Positions 28,234 to 44,418 are shown, counted from the first letter of the stretch. The stretch is 60,746 nt of DNA from Eledone cirrhosa (GCA_964016885.1 CAXHJY010000060.1:1-60746); one strand, 5' to 3'. Numbers and translations: made by a program. The notes: a model not told the origin generated them from the sequence alone.

Positions 28234-28429
28234 CAGACTTATCAACTCTACCAATCGGTCGGGAGATCTCCCACCCATTTTGGGGGTGAGTAAGAGATCT
28301 CTTCTCTTGAAAAAATGGGTATAACTTTCATTATGTAAAATCTCCCCCATTTTGCCTCATTTCTCATCGTTTTGGGGCACTTTTCCTCATGGAACACCCC
28401 GTTTAGGTTTTTAGAGGTTGGCAGGTCTG
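28234..28429. mobile_element. MITE of about 196 bp with short terminal inverted repeats
   Basis: Left end cagacttatcaactcta versus reverse complement of right end cagacctgccaacctcta; flanked by (t/a)tattg. Confidence 0.6.
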
Positions 28430-28850
28430 ATATTGAAAAAAAGGACTGTGCGCCAGTTTGATAATTTTTAGTAAAGATATTTTATTATTTCCTTATAGGA
28501 CTTTATGAATAATTTGGAACAGTAGCGCTCCTAAATCTATTCGTGTATCAACATTTCTAAGTCCTCACATCCACCTCTTCAGAATGGTCATACTAGTGGT
28601 GTATTAGTCACATTTTTAGCAGTGGTCGTAAAGGATGATTAGTGGCGTCGGAAAACATAGATGCCTGGTTTAACATGTTTCAATGGTTGAAGTATTCCTG
28701 GTTTCATATATGTTTATATTCTGAAACGTTAAAAAATATATGGATTTAGGAAGGCTACTTTTCAAAACTAAGCATAATAAACTAATAAGAAAAAAGAAAA
28801 ATATCCTTAATATAAAGGGTCAGACAGGGAGATAATCTTGTTTTCAATAT
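28430..28850. mobile_element. Old MITE-like element with diverged inverted arms of about 125 bp
   Basis: 28430-28558 aligns by eye to the reverse complement of 28723-28850 (atattgaaaa..gatatttt..agtagc..cctaaatc..). Confidence 0.6.
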
Positions 28851-29591
28851 GATATGCTGTTCTTTACATTAGCGGAGGCGAATAGTTGCCGTTGCAAAAT
28901 ACGTCTCTTGAACACTTTAAACCTGGCGGAGCTTATCCGCTCCCCAGGTCTTAACATAACTAATTTAAATTTCTTTCTGAGATGGAGAGAGGATGAGAGA
29001 GAAAGAGTTATGCAGAATCGAGACCAATACTGAATTTGTACTTTTCTTTATTTGTTTGACGGGGTGTGTGTGGGGGGAGACGAGGTTTATTTAACGACAA
29101 AAGTTATACAAAGATGGCAATATATAAAAAAAGTTAAAAGCAAAAAATAAGTAATGGAAAAAAAGGAAAAATAGAGGCAAGGACTATAAATGCCCTAAAT
29201 GAGATGAAAAGGAGGGTAAGAGCAAGGAATATTAGGGAACGGAAGAAGGAGAGGGGGAAGGGGAGAGAGTGACAGACTCTACGCCTAGGTTGGGGTGGTG
29301 TTTCGGCCGCGCCCCGTGGACAAAACTGCAAAATTATTTCCGCGGACAATGGCCAACAACACCTGCTGCAACAACCACCCCACATCGCAGGGGTCCTTCC
29401 TCAGACGGGATGCTCCGATTTTGCGGTGGAACTCGGCTGTCCGGGGTCCTAAGACACACGAGGTTTCGACGGTGACCGGTCCAAATTGACCTCGAAATGA
29501 TGACAGGCAGCGTTGACCTTGGTGGGATCTGTACAGAGAGAGAGAGAGGAGAGCTGGAACGAATATAGCAATATCATCTAATATTCCTGAC

Positions 29592-29912
29592 GTAGTGGCG
29601 AATTGGTAGAGTCGTTAAAATGTCGGAAAGAATTCTTTGCAGTATTTGTTTTTGCTCACTGCTCTCTGAGTTTAACTGTGTATTTCATCCATTCGAGGTC
29701 GATAAAACTAGCAGTTTAGTACTGAGGTCGATTCTTTCTCTATATCTCTTTCTCACATCTATTCACTTACTCTGTATCTTTCTCTGGAAGAAATCTGCTG
29801 TATTCATATGTGGAGAGATGTGCTCCACCAAGTTTAAAAAGTGTTTTACAGACGCCTTATGTCAATACGGCACACCGACGACTCCCTCGGGAGTTTCGGA
29901 TACATACATACA
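29592..29912 (+). mobile_element. SINE family A variant with the alternative (TACA)n tail
   Basis: Head gtggcgaattggtagagtcgtta, core tttcatccattcgaggtcgataaaa, tail homologous to 7100-7216. Confidence 0.7.
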
Positions 29913-30749
29913 TGTAATATATGTACATACATTTCTGAAGTGAAACAATTTATCTACTTTCTGAAGGAACGGATGATTCATTTAAAACTTGACGATCGTA
30001 TTTATTTGCTCAATAATGATATAGAGTGGCAATCTGAAAATTTTAAATGGGAATTTGAAAACGCCACCAAGTGAAATGTAAATCAGTAGAATCCAACGCA
30101 CTACCATAGATAAATCACCAATTGCAGACATTAATCACATCATTATGAACGAGTCACATACTATTTATAAACAATGCAGTTTTCCAAAATTGCAAATAAA
30201 GGTAGCTTCTCTGTGACACTGAAGAATAAGCAAATTAGTAACGGTGAAAATTCTCTTAAAAAGTGACTTATTCATTCAGAGAGCACCAACAAACGATATT
30301 GATTTTCTGACAAATAAGTAATTTTTAGTAAAATCTGGAATTAATGACTGCAAGCATGCTCATGAATATTTTGCAATCAAGTGGAAATTCAGCACATTAT
30401 CTGAAATGTCTTTAAAATAAACTGGTTTCAGATATCTGCGATTGCAGACTAATAAATATGTTCGAGAAAGAGTTACAGTCACGAATCGAAAGAGAAAAGA
30501 GTATTAATGTACAAACTGTACTTGACAGAATTTAGTTTTCAAAGTATTAGTTATATCGCTTACAAGAGGTGCAATATATTGTCAGGAGTCTACCAACCAT
30601 AAACATCTTCCAGTGTATGGAGGCTCAAAAGTATTCATCAACAGAGATGTTTAGCTGCTGTATAGTAGTCCTTGTTTTTCACCTTTTGTCTCATTTATGC
30701 TTCTTTAGATTACAGCTTTCCTTATCTTTTTTTTCTTCGTCCATTTATT

Positions 30750-30957
30750 CCTGGAAAGGTTGTTGGGGAAGAATTCTCAAACATTCCTTACAGCAGGTCC
30801 TCTCAGAAGCAACCGTTTCCAATTGATCCATCTAGATCCCCAAGCGAAACCAGCCGAGCTCATAGATGTTATGTATCTATCTTGTTCGTGGTCTACGGGA
30901 TTCTTGACGATAGGTTTTGCCCGTAAAATATGTCCAACGATTCTTTCCTGAGAAATT
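30750..30957 (-). mobile_element. 3'-terminal fragment of the same RTE family as 24790-27350, inverted
   Basis: Reverse complement aligns to 27145-27350 (tctca.gaaa..attttacg.gcaaaa..taacatc.at.agctcggctggt..ggatcaatt..acggttgcttctga). Confidence 0.8.
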
Positions 30958-31608
30958 TTTTCCGGGGTCATGCGTTTCTACAAGAATACAAATATTTTTT
31001 TACTCAAAATTTGATCCCTAATACTGTACGAATTATATCTGTGATGAGTCGATTCGACTTGCTGTTTGTGGCCTACACTGAACATGAAATATTTTTGCAT
31101 AATCTTTTTTACCCGAACTTTTACTTTTGTTTATGTAATATAATATAATATAGAAGATTCATTTAATTGTGACGTAAGAGTACTTTGGATGCTACGCAGA
31201 ACTACTAAACATATAAATCGTTATTACTGAAGAAACTCTTTTATTGACAGTTCTTTAATCCAGAGGGAACAAAGCAAGTTTTGTTATCTCTTGACAGAAA
31301 GAAATCTTATTATAAACAAATGAACTGAAAAAAACGTAAATTATTTTTGTTATTAGCGTATACGTTTTCCAATTGATGTCATTTTAACATCTGTGTTTTG
31401 TATTCGTTTCTTTATCTTTTTGTTTATTAACTTCGAAATAAAGCACAAACATGGTAATTATTCTAAAAAAAGGTTTTAAGTTTAATTAGTTATTTAATGA
31501 AAATATCAAAAAACTTTAAACATATAAAATGAAGTCAAATAACTGAGATTGACCGATCCCAATACCAAAGGACTTCTCTTTCTCTCTCATCAATATATAT
31601 ATATATAT

Positions 31609-34890
<3,282 letters not shown>

Positions 34891-35099
34891 CTACCCGGCA
34901 CCAATTTATTCGGAGTGGTAACTCTCCTAGACGAGTTGCCTACATTACGGCTTACGGAGTCTCCGTCCGCCCCTTGTCTGTTCTATGATATATTCACGAT
35001 GGAGTGGTTAGCATACAGCGTCGTACATGTATACCGAATGTGGTGGAGGTGGGGCGGGGGTGGGTGGTAAGTGAGAATTGTAATAGCTCATGCATAGAA

Positions 35100-35515
35100 T
35101 GTTTAACACGGTTGAAAGTCACATACACACAAATATAAATAACAAATATACAGCCATCTTTACGAAAAGTGAGAGCCGTAACGACTTCCACTTTTCATAC
35201 AAACTGTTGTTACACATACTATTTGAACATAATTTTGTAGATATGAAAAAATGACACCTATCTTTATAAAATCCATTCAGAGTAATGATTCATGGCATTC
35301 AGCACGTTTAAAGATATAACGGAAATCTTGTGATACATAATGGCTGGTACAAGAATTTTTAACACAGCTGCAAGTCACATACACACAAATATACACAGCC
35401 ATCTTTACGAAAAATGAGAGACGTAACGACTTCCACTTTTCGTACAAACTGTTGTTATACATACTATTTGAACATAATTTTGTAGATATGAAGAAATGAC
35501 ACCTATCTTTATATA
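35100..35515. repeat. Local direct duplication (about 165-180 bp, two copies)
   Basis: aagtcacatacacacaaatat...cagccatctttacgaaaa...gacacctatctttata at about 35117-35270 and 35372-35512. Confidence 0.85.
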
Positions 35516-38097
35516 TACGCAGAGGTAAATGGGTCTGCGTATATATAAATTTACTCATTGAGTTTGTAGACAAGTCAAATTTACGAATTATTCTTTAAAT
35601 TGCACGCATGATAAATATCTTTAATCGATTTTTGAACATACTTCTTTCTCATCAGAAGATATGTATATCTGCTAAACAACCAGAAAGACATAGTAACGTA
35701 TATTCCTTATAAAATATTAGTATTACTGAAATACTAGCTATTGCAGTATCTGATCCTTACCCTAAATAGGTACAGTGAGATTTGCCACTACGCAGTGGCG
35801 TCATATTTAGCAACTGTTGTAGTTCCCAATGACAAGTTTAGTGTTAGATTTTCCAGAATCTTCCATCCATATATATAGCACTGTATATCTTTCCTGTCTC
35901 TACTGCAGAGAATAAAATCTAAATTCTTTCAGCATCTCCTAGTAACTCATATTTTACATTGAGACAACCTTCTTGTCGCTGGATTTCTTCAAGTCCCGCG
36001 ATTAATTTAACAATGTTGGGAGGCAGAATGACATCAGAATCCATGTGACCAGTCATCTGCAAATTACTACCATCTTGGTAGTACATGCATGAAATAGTGC
36101 ATCATTGGTCATATGAATTTATAGTGCATCATTGGTCAGGCATTGACTTTGAATCTGAAATTGCAATCTCTCTTGGTCCAGAGTAAATTTGTTGCAGTTT
36201 GTGTTTGCGGGTTTATAACATAGGGCATGACATTTTCCGTTATTAAATTGCATGTCCGGCCCATTTGTATAATGAATTTAAATATTGCCTTGAGAAAGTA
36301 GCATCGACAGAGTTCGTGATTGTCCGTGCTACTTTCATGCCATCAGCCTAACTAGCAAGGGTGGCTACTTGTATAGTTGAGGTTATGACTGAGAGAGCCA
36401 CCACAATCAACAGAGACCTCAAGAGGCTTTCCAGAGAAACTCCACTCACTATTCATGTTTTGTTTGTGTGGGTTTCATTGGCTGCAATAACTGGCTTTTG
36501 CGTTTTAAGAAGCCATGTAGCCATTTTCCTACTTTTCTGAGACCATTCCGTCAGAGAGACAAGTTGAAGTAGATAAAACATACTCAAAACGGAGAGGAGA
36601 CACAGAGAGGTAAAAATACTCACGGTAAAGGTGACAATATATGACGAAAGCTTTGATAAATAAATAATCAGTCGATTAATAAACTAACCGATGAATGGAA
36701 TAATTACCTGACTAATAATACAATAGAAGGGGAATACAACTGTCGCATATACTTTTTATTGGCAGCACCCCCACTCCCAAGTATGACAAAATCTGTTTCA
36801 GCCAATAATCAGTAGATCGCACTGCTTACACAGATTCCCTTGACTCTCCGTTGTCATCTGTGCCTATTGTTCATCATATTCGGCAGGTCAGAGGGATTGC
36901 AGTTTATGGTGTCAATAATTTGTATATATGTATATTTATGTATGTATTTTATGAATTCAAATTTGCGTATATTTTGTATATTTATATTTGTGCATTCTTT
37001 TATGTATTTGTATATCTGTATGTGTTTTTATATATTTGTGTATGTTTTATGCGCCTATAGGGTTATTTTGAAAATATCTCACGAAGTGAAAACCGTGCCC
37101 TGTATATTTATGGGCTGTCGATGCATAGTACCCGTTCAGCCACCGTGCCAGGGATATGACAAAGTCACGGGACGACTGAAGCATGGTGGATTGTGAAGAG
37201 GCCGTGGAAGAGCTCAACAGATCCAACGATGCTCCTCACATTGATGCTGAGTAGAGGGATCCTAAAAGATCAACGGTCAGGATCACCTAGCTCTACCAAG
37301 AGAGTTACTACATCACATCCATAGGGGCAGCGTCCATGGTTGTGTAATCAGTTAATGAAAGATTCATTATGACTCAGATTTCCAATTCAAATTAATACCT
37401 CATCGCTCGTCGCATTCTGTTGAGGTCCCGACGACGCCGCCATTGGTATCTGAAAAGGCAGCTACTGAGTCTACACAAAATCTTCAATGCAAACAGTCAA
37501 TGTTTCAACACGTGATTTTACATAAAAAATCTTACAAAAGAAATATATAAATGGAGAGAGAGAGAGAGAGAGTGTGAGTGTGAGTGTGAGTGTGTGTGTG
37601 TGTATATTTATTTCTGATCTGCCTATTACACAATACATTACGGGTGTTGTTAAAGAGAAAAGCAGTGGAGAACATAATAACATAAAATAGCTATATAAGA
37701 GAATAAAAACTCACACATGGAATGCCATGTTCAAATTACCCTATTCTGCCATGATATTGCGCAATAACGCCCTCACCCCCTCGTACAACGAGAGAACGTT
37801 GTAAAGGGGTACGTAAAAGATAAATTATTCATTTTAGACTGAATAACCGATTTCAGAAGCATGGGATGATAATTGATAAGTAAATAACCTTTTGATTTGA
37901 AGGTAAATACTTAGTAAATTTTATTACCTAGGAAATATATTGAATAGAGATGGTGGGCACTATCTTGAGGGAGATGTACATGTAATAAAGTTCCGGGAAC
38001 TGAGTGGTAAGTTAATGAGGTAGTGTCGCTGAAAGGTGTATGCTGCATGTTTGAGAAATGCTCTGATTTATGGGAGTCGGTTATGAGAATGTGGTAA

Positions 38098-38585
38098 ATA
38101 ATTGTTTCTACTTTTGGCACAAGGCCAGCAATTACCCAGTGCATTACTGCTACTTTATTTTATCGACCTCGTAAGGATGAAAGGCAAAGTTAACCTCGGC
38201 TGGATTTGAACTCAGAATGGAAAGGGCCGTAACTATGCGTCATAGCATGGCGTCCGACCTTCTAATAATTGTTTCTACTTTTGGCACAAGGCCAGCAATT
38301 ATCCCAGTGTATTACTGGTACTTTATTTTATCGACCCCGTAAGGATGAAAGGCAAAGTTAACCTCGGCGAATGGTTCTGATTTAGACATAAAGCCAACAA
38401 TTTGGAGGCAGGGGAAAGTCGATTATAACGACTCCACCACTTGACATGTACTTTATTTTATCGACTCCGTAAGGATGAAAGGCAAAGCTAACTTCGGCGG
38501 GATTCGAAATCAGAACTAAAGGGACGTAACTATATTCCACAAAGCACGTTGTTCGACGCTCTAATGATACTGGCAATCCTCCGCC
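38098..38585 (-). mobile_element. Three tandem SINE family A copies
   Basis: Reverse-complement cores near 38150, 38320 and 38450. Confidence 0.88.
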
Positions 38586-38737
38586 CGGAAAGTGGGGAAT
38601 AATGGAAATGTGAACAGCCAAAGAATATCGACATAATTTCCCCGTCTTCATAAATATAGCTCTACAACACATACAGTATTTTCTTCTCCTTCCGCCCCTC
38701 TTGCTTAAATTTTACCCACTCTAGTTCCAGTTTAGAA

Positions 38738-39095
38738 CATTCTATATTCCTTATACCAATATACCAAGACGGCGGTAGATTAGCAGGCTCATTAGAACGG
38801 CGGACAAAATGTCTCGTTGTATTTGTTATGGCCGTCTAAGTTCATATCCTGCCATTCTATATTCCTTATACCAATATACCAAGACGGCGGTAGATTAGCA
38901 GGCTCATTAGAACGGCGGACAAAATGTCTGGTTGTATTTGTTATGGCCGTCTAAGTTCATATCCCGCCAAGATCAATTTAACCTTTCATCCTTCCGACGT
39001 TGATAAAATAAGTACATGTCAAATGGTGGAGTCGTTATAGTTGACCTTTTCCATCCCCTCAAATTGCTGGCCTTGTACCTAAATTAAAAGCCATT
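38738..39095 (+). mobile_element. SINE family A with a 115-bp tandem duplication of its head and upstream flank
   Basis: Units 38738-38852 and 38853-38967 are nearly identical; core and tail follow to about 39095. Confidence 0.85.
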
Positions 39096-39268
39096 ATAGA
39101 CCAACCACAAAACTAAACCAAAACATATACAGCTTCGATTATTATAGATATTAGTCTGCTGATACCGATCGCAGTAGAAATTTCGAAGTCGCCGTCAAAC
39201 CTATCATTTAAAAAATAAGTTTTATACTTTTATTACATTTGTAGAGTGTTTTCAATTGATATTTAACA

Positions 39269-39305
<37 letters not shown>

Positions 39306-39506
39306 ATGAAGGAAGTGAGGTAAGGAACCAGATGGATCATAACGCACCAGAGTACTCAATGCTTAGGGTAGTAGAGTGGGTAATAGGAAAATGCTCAAGA
39401 CCCTGACGGCAGAGCTCAAGCCGTTTCGACGGCTATTTCTGAACGTCCAGAAATAGCCGTCGAAAAGGATTGAGCTCTGCCGCCGAGGTCTTGAATATTT
39501 TCCTAT
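39306..39506 (-). mobile_element. Fold-back mini-element family F1, copy 2
   Basis: Hairpin 39383-39506 (..tttcgacggctatttctg-aacgtc-cagaaatagccgtcgaaa..) plus tail; (TA)n on both sides. Confidence 0.75.
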
Positions 39507-39664
39507 ATATATATATTGTTATACTTTGGGAGGGTCATGTTGCCAATAAGAAACACACGCACCAGTTTTTTTTCACTTCAATGTATAATAAATTTATAAA
39601 TTTAGGAATTTATAAATTTGCGGTTAGTTGGTTGGTTCCACAACCAGATGATTGCTTATATATT

Positions 39665-39707
39665 GTCAAAGTTCTTTCGTCACACATTCTGTGACCTCTT
39701 CAGTGAC
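39665..39707 (-). ncRNA. Minimal hammerhead ribozyme motif in the inverted pLTR
   Basis: Minus strand gtca-CTGAAGA-g-gtcaca-gaatg-tgtgac-GAAA-gaac-TT-tgac. Confidence 0.7.
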
Positions 39708-40950
39708 TGGGGATTCTTTTCTTTGTTTTTTTTGCCTCTCCTTTGTTCTGTCCTACGCCATCTTGTTTCTGTGTGTGTTGTGTGCTTAGTTTGCGCATGT
39801 GTTACATCCGGGTGTCTGTGTGTGTTTATATTTGTTTATTTATTTGTTTATTTACATGTTACTGGTTGGTAATATATGATCCACCGAAACTCGGCTGTTT
39901 CGGACCATACCAAAATCAACATACTGATTGCGGATTTGGTACGGGTGATGAGAAACGTGTCCCGCATGTGCAACCCCAAAGAACTAGAGAGACACATACA
40001 ACACTTCATCCACGTATGCAGTTCTCTGGTTACAATCAGAGAGATAAAATCAGAGTATATAGAAGAGCCAGAACCAAATGGGAAAAAATGGTAAATAATG
40101 ACACAAATTGGACCTGCCCCTTGTATAGGAGCAAATTTTGGAATAGAATAGAAAGAACTATGAATAAGGTTAATAGAATAAACTCATGGTATGATAGCAA
40201 TAAATACCAGAGTGTAATGTTCATCGATACAACCCCCTAGAGGTGAATTAGCTTACAAATTTAGAAGGGCCCTAGATAAACATAAACTCAATATTAAGAT
40301 AGTAGAAAGACCATGTACCTCCATAAAAACACTTATTAGCAATACATACCCTTTCGAAAGACCTCCCTGTATAGATAAGAAATGTATAATCTGTAAATTA
40401 AGCCCCCATATTAACTGTAAAACTAGAAATGTAGTATATAGCATAAGATGTACTGAAGGGCAATGTAGAGATAAGAATATAGTGTACATAGGTGAGACAT
40501 CTCGTAGTATAGGGGAACAGATAAATGAACACTGGCGAGACCTTCAAGATAGTAAAGAATCATCTGTACTCTACCAACATGCTAAAATAGAACATAAGGG
40601 TAAATTAGAGAACATTGAAATAAAAATAGAATCTACACACAGAAAAGACGCAATGTTTAGACAAATCACAGAGGCAATAAACATAAATGAACTCCAACCA
40701 AAATTAAATAGAAAACATGAATGGAATAGCTACATCACAACTTACAATTAAGGACAAAATGAAAACACACAGGCACATAGAACAAACTACCAACCAGTAA
40801 CATGTAAATAAACACATAAATAAACAAATATAAACACACACAGACATCCGGATGTAACACATGCGCAAACTAAGCACACAACACACACAAAAACCAGATG
40901 GCGTAGGACAGAACAAAGGAGAGGCGCAAAAACAAAGAAAATAATCCCCA

Positions 40951-40993
40951 GTCACTGAAGAAGTCACAGAATGTGTGACGAAAGAACTTTGAC
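40951..40993 (+). ncRNA. Minimal type I hammerhead ribozyme motif in the Penelope-like pLTR
   Basis: gtca-CTGAAGA-a-gtcaca-gaatg-tgtgac-GAAA-gaac-TT-tgac: stems I and II perfect, stem III rudimentary; hammerheads are an established feature of PLE pLTRs. Confidence 0.72.
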
Positions 40994-41201
40994 AATATAT
41001 AAACAACCATCTGGTTGTGGAACCAACCAACCAACTGGAAATTTATAAATTCCTAAATTTATAAATTTATTATAATAAATTGAAGTGAAAGCAACTGGTG
41101 CGTGTGTTTCTTATTGGCAACATGACCCTCCCAAAGTATAACAATATCGGTTTCGACACACGTTTTCAGATAAAGAATCTTGCTAAACAAATTCAGAAAC
41201 G

Positions 41202-41266
<65 letters not shown>

Positions 41267-41272
<6 letters not shown>

Positions 41273-44200
41273 GGGTATGACATTAAACTACATCCAGTGG
41301 CAAGGCTCCAGTTCAGGAGCCTGTGGGGAATGTGGAGTTACACCTTAGTTGTTATCACTCCCTGGTCTGCTCCGACCCGGAGTAGTAGTACCTGTTAGGG
41401 TTCCATTTACGGGTTAAATAATTACCTTATTCGAGTGGCGTCGGTAAGGTGTTATCAGCCACTGAAAAGAACCATGGAGAGTCGATTTAACAGCACTAGG
41501 GCTAGAGCCAACTACACTGTCAAGGATTAGTCTGGTCATTATGACTCTGCTGGCTTAGAGCCACAGGGAGGGCCAGTGGATGATGGATCAGCTGTCTCTG
41601 AGACAAATATAAAGGATGCAATGTTTTCCTGCAGAAGAGCCATTAAAATGGGCACTCTGAATGTGAGGACTGTTCGGACGCTGGAAAAGAGAGAGGAGTT
41701 GGGTCATCTGTTCGAGGAGAGTGATATGCAGATACTTGCGATCCAAGAACACAGGATACTACACGATCAGCCCGTGAAGAGACTGATGATTGGGAGGAGG
41801 AGTCAGCTCATCACCACATCAGCAGTGAAGAACACGACGAATGCTGCAGTAGGAGGAGTGGGGTTTGTTTTCAGTACAAAAACTAATCTATTGGTGAGGG
41901 AAATCATACCTTGTCTCCCCGCGAGTGTTGAGGGTGACCTTCAATGGAAACCCAAGACTAACAGTTATCTCAGCCTATAGTCCAACCGAGGGAGACAGTG
42001 AAGTGAGTGCGGAGGAGTTTCATGAGGAGGTGTGTCAACACGAAACAAGCTCAAAACATCCTGCTTGTTCTGTGGGAGATCAATGCACATCTGAGTAAGG
42101 AGAGCAGTGAAGATCCTTACTGGTACTTCCATAACAACATCAACCGAAATGGAAGACTACTGAGAGACACCCTGCTGGAGGCGAACTTGATGGCAACCAA
42201 CCTAAGGTTTAGGAAGAATTCGGGGAAGATGTGGACCTACATCTCAGATATGCACCTGGTGAGAAAGAAGTGGTGGAATAGTGTTCTGAACACAGAACCA
42301 TACAACTATTTCAGTACACTGGGCAGTGACCACCAGCTTGTTATGAGTGAGGTCCGGGTGAGCTTAAGAAAGAGCAAGGCTCAGCCCCGGAAAGCAATCT
42401 ATGACTGGAGAGCTTTCAAGGAAGATTATAAGCTACAGGAGAGGTTCACAGTAGAAGTGAGGAACAGGTTCAGTGCTCTGTGTGGAGAGACAGAGGAGAG
42501 AGAGATTGGAGGGACTGAGGAGAGTGTGATGAAGAGGTACGGGTACTTCACCAATGCAGTGGCAGAAGCAAGTATGACCCTGGTGCTGAGGAGAGAGAAA
42601 AAGATGAAGCACGTCAGCTCTGCAGACCCAAAAGTGTGTGCAGCCAAAGAACACAGGAAAGCTGCCAAGGTCCAATTCTATGCTGATCCTACGGAGGAGA
42701 GGAATGAGAATATGGAGGTGATGAAGGAAGAACTCTGTACCGCTTACACTGAGGCCAGAGAGGAGGCACTGATAGAGAAGATGAGAAGTGTGGAGAGAGC
42801 GGTTGACAGGTCTGGGTGTAAGGAGAGCTCTATGATCATCAACGAGATCACAGGGCGGAAGAGAAAGGGTTCGAGTCAGATCCAGGGAAAAGGGGCCGAG
42901 GATAGGAAGAGGAAATGGCTGGACCATTTTAGGACCCTACTAAGAGAGCCGCCCTCCACTAGGAAATCAGGCGGCTGTTTGAGGAACTGGATATTGAGAC
43001 AGGACCCTTCACCTGAGAGGAGCTTCAGAAAGCCAAGAAGAAGATCAAGGGGGGCAAGGCTCATGGAGTAGATGAAGTGGCATCAGAGGTGATGAAGAGG
43101 TGCGATTTTGATGATATCACCCTGGGGTTCTGTAACCAGGCACTGGAGAAAGGAGTTTCCCCGAATCAGTGGAGGATCAGTAACATCGTCCCGGTGCCAA
43201 AGAAGGGAGATCTCTCTAACACCAACAACTACAGGAGGATCTCATTGACGTCACTTGTGGCACAGATCCTCAACAGGATGATTCTTAACAGGATCCAGCC
43301 CGAGATGGAAAAGAAGCTCAGGGACAACCAGAACGGCCTCAGAAAAGGAAGATCAACCACCAGTCACATCCTGATGCTGAGAAGGATATTAGAGGTAGCA
43401 AGAGCAAAGAGCCTTCCTGCAGTCATGGTTTTCATTGACTTTAGGAAGGACTTTGAACATCTTACAGGCTTATGGAATCCCCAAGAGGATAGTGGACCTG
43501 ATATCACTGCTCTACACCAACACCAAAATCCAAGTCATTACACCTGATGGGATGACGGAGTTCTTTGAGATACTGGTTTGGAGTGCTTCAGGGAGATACA
43601 TTGGCTCCCTACCTTTTTGTCATCGCAGTGGACTATTGTATACGCCTTGCGTTGGAGAAACACCAGAACTCTGGCTTTATTGTAACACTGGCTCAGAGCA
43701 GGAGAGTTAAGGCGAAAAAGATATCGGATTTGCCGTCGACATAGTTCTGGTGACAAACACAATGAAGGAGACAGAGGAGTTGATGCAGGAGGCGGAGACT
43801 GTGTCGATGAGTGTGGGGCTGAGAATGAATGAGATTGAGATGAAGTATCTGGTAGAGAATATTAAGAATCCAGAGAAGATTACTAATGTAGGCGGGAAGC
43901 CGCTAGAATTGGTTGGGGACTTCTGTATCTGGGAGCAAAGATTGGGAATACAGAAGATGATGTGGTCGAGAGGAAGGGCAAAGCCTAGGCAGCATGCCAC
44001 AGTTTGAGATCGGTGTGGAAGTCGGACTTTCGTAAAGACCTGAAGATCCGTCTCTTTGTTGCTGTAGCGAAGTCTGTGCTGCTGTACGGGTCTGAGACTT
44101 AGACACTGACCAAGAAACTCACTCAGATGGTGGATGGGTGCTACACGAGAATGCTGATTATGGCTCTAAACATTAATCAAGATGAAGAACTCAGCTGTAC

Positions 44201-44418
44201 GGGAGCCTCCCAAAAGTCAGCTGAAGAGTAGCACAGAGGAGACTGGTGTTAGCTAGATATGCTCACCGACATCCAGAGTTGACACTGCATGGACACACTG
44301 GAAGAGGGAGACCGCGGTTGAGATATGTTGATGCCCTAGGGACAGACGTCTCTTAGAGACGCAGGACATGGCAGCGATGATGAGGGACAGAGACCGCTGG
44401 CGGGAATTTTACCCGCCC

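Larger units (their letters stand above)
39514..41205 (+). mobile_element. 5'-truncated Penelope-like retroelement (Neptune-like) with inverted pseudo-LTRs
   Basis: Disrupted ORF 39876-40751: RT thumb, PLYRSKFW, Cys-rich linker, GIY-YIG (NVVYSIRC..YIGETSRS..EH..RQITEA..LN); inverted repeat of about 355 bp at 39514-39871 and 40788-41147; flanked by (TA)n. Confidence 0.93.

Noticed and set aside
35520-36600. Non-repetitive-looking stretch that might hide the missing TM1-3 exons (also 7430-8080 and 51380-51720)
   Set aside because: No GN..V, LA.AD or TM3 Cys motifs with splice sites were found; probably old transposon debris.
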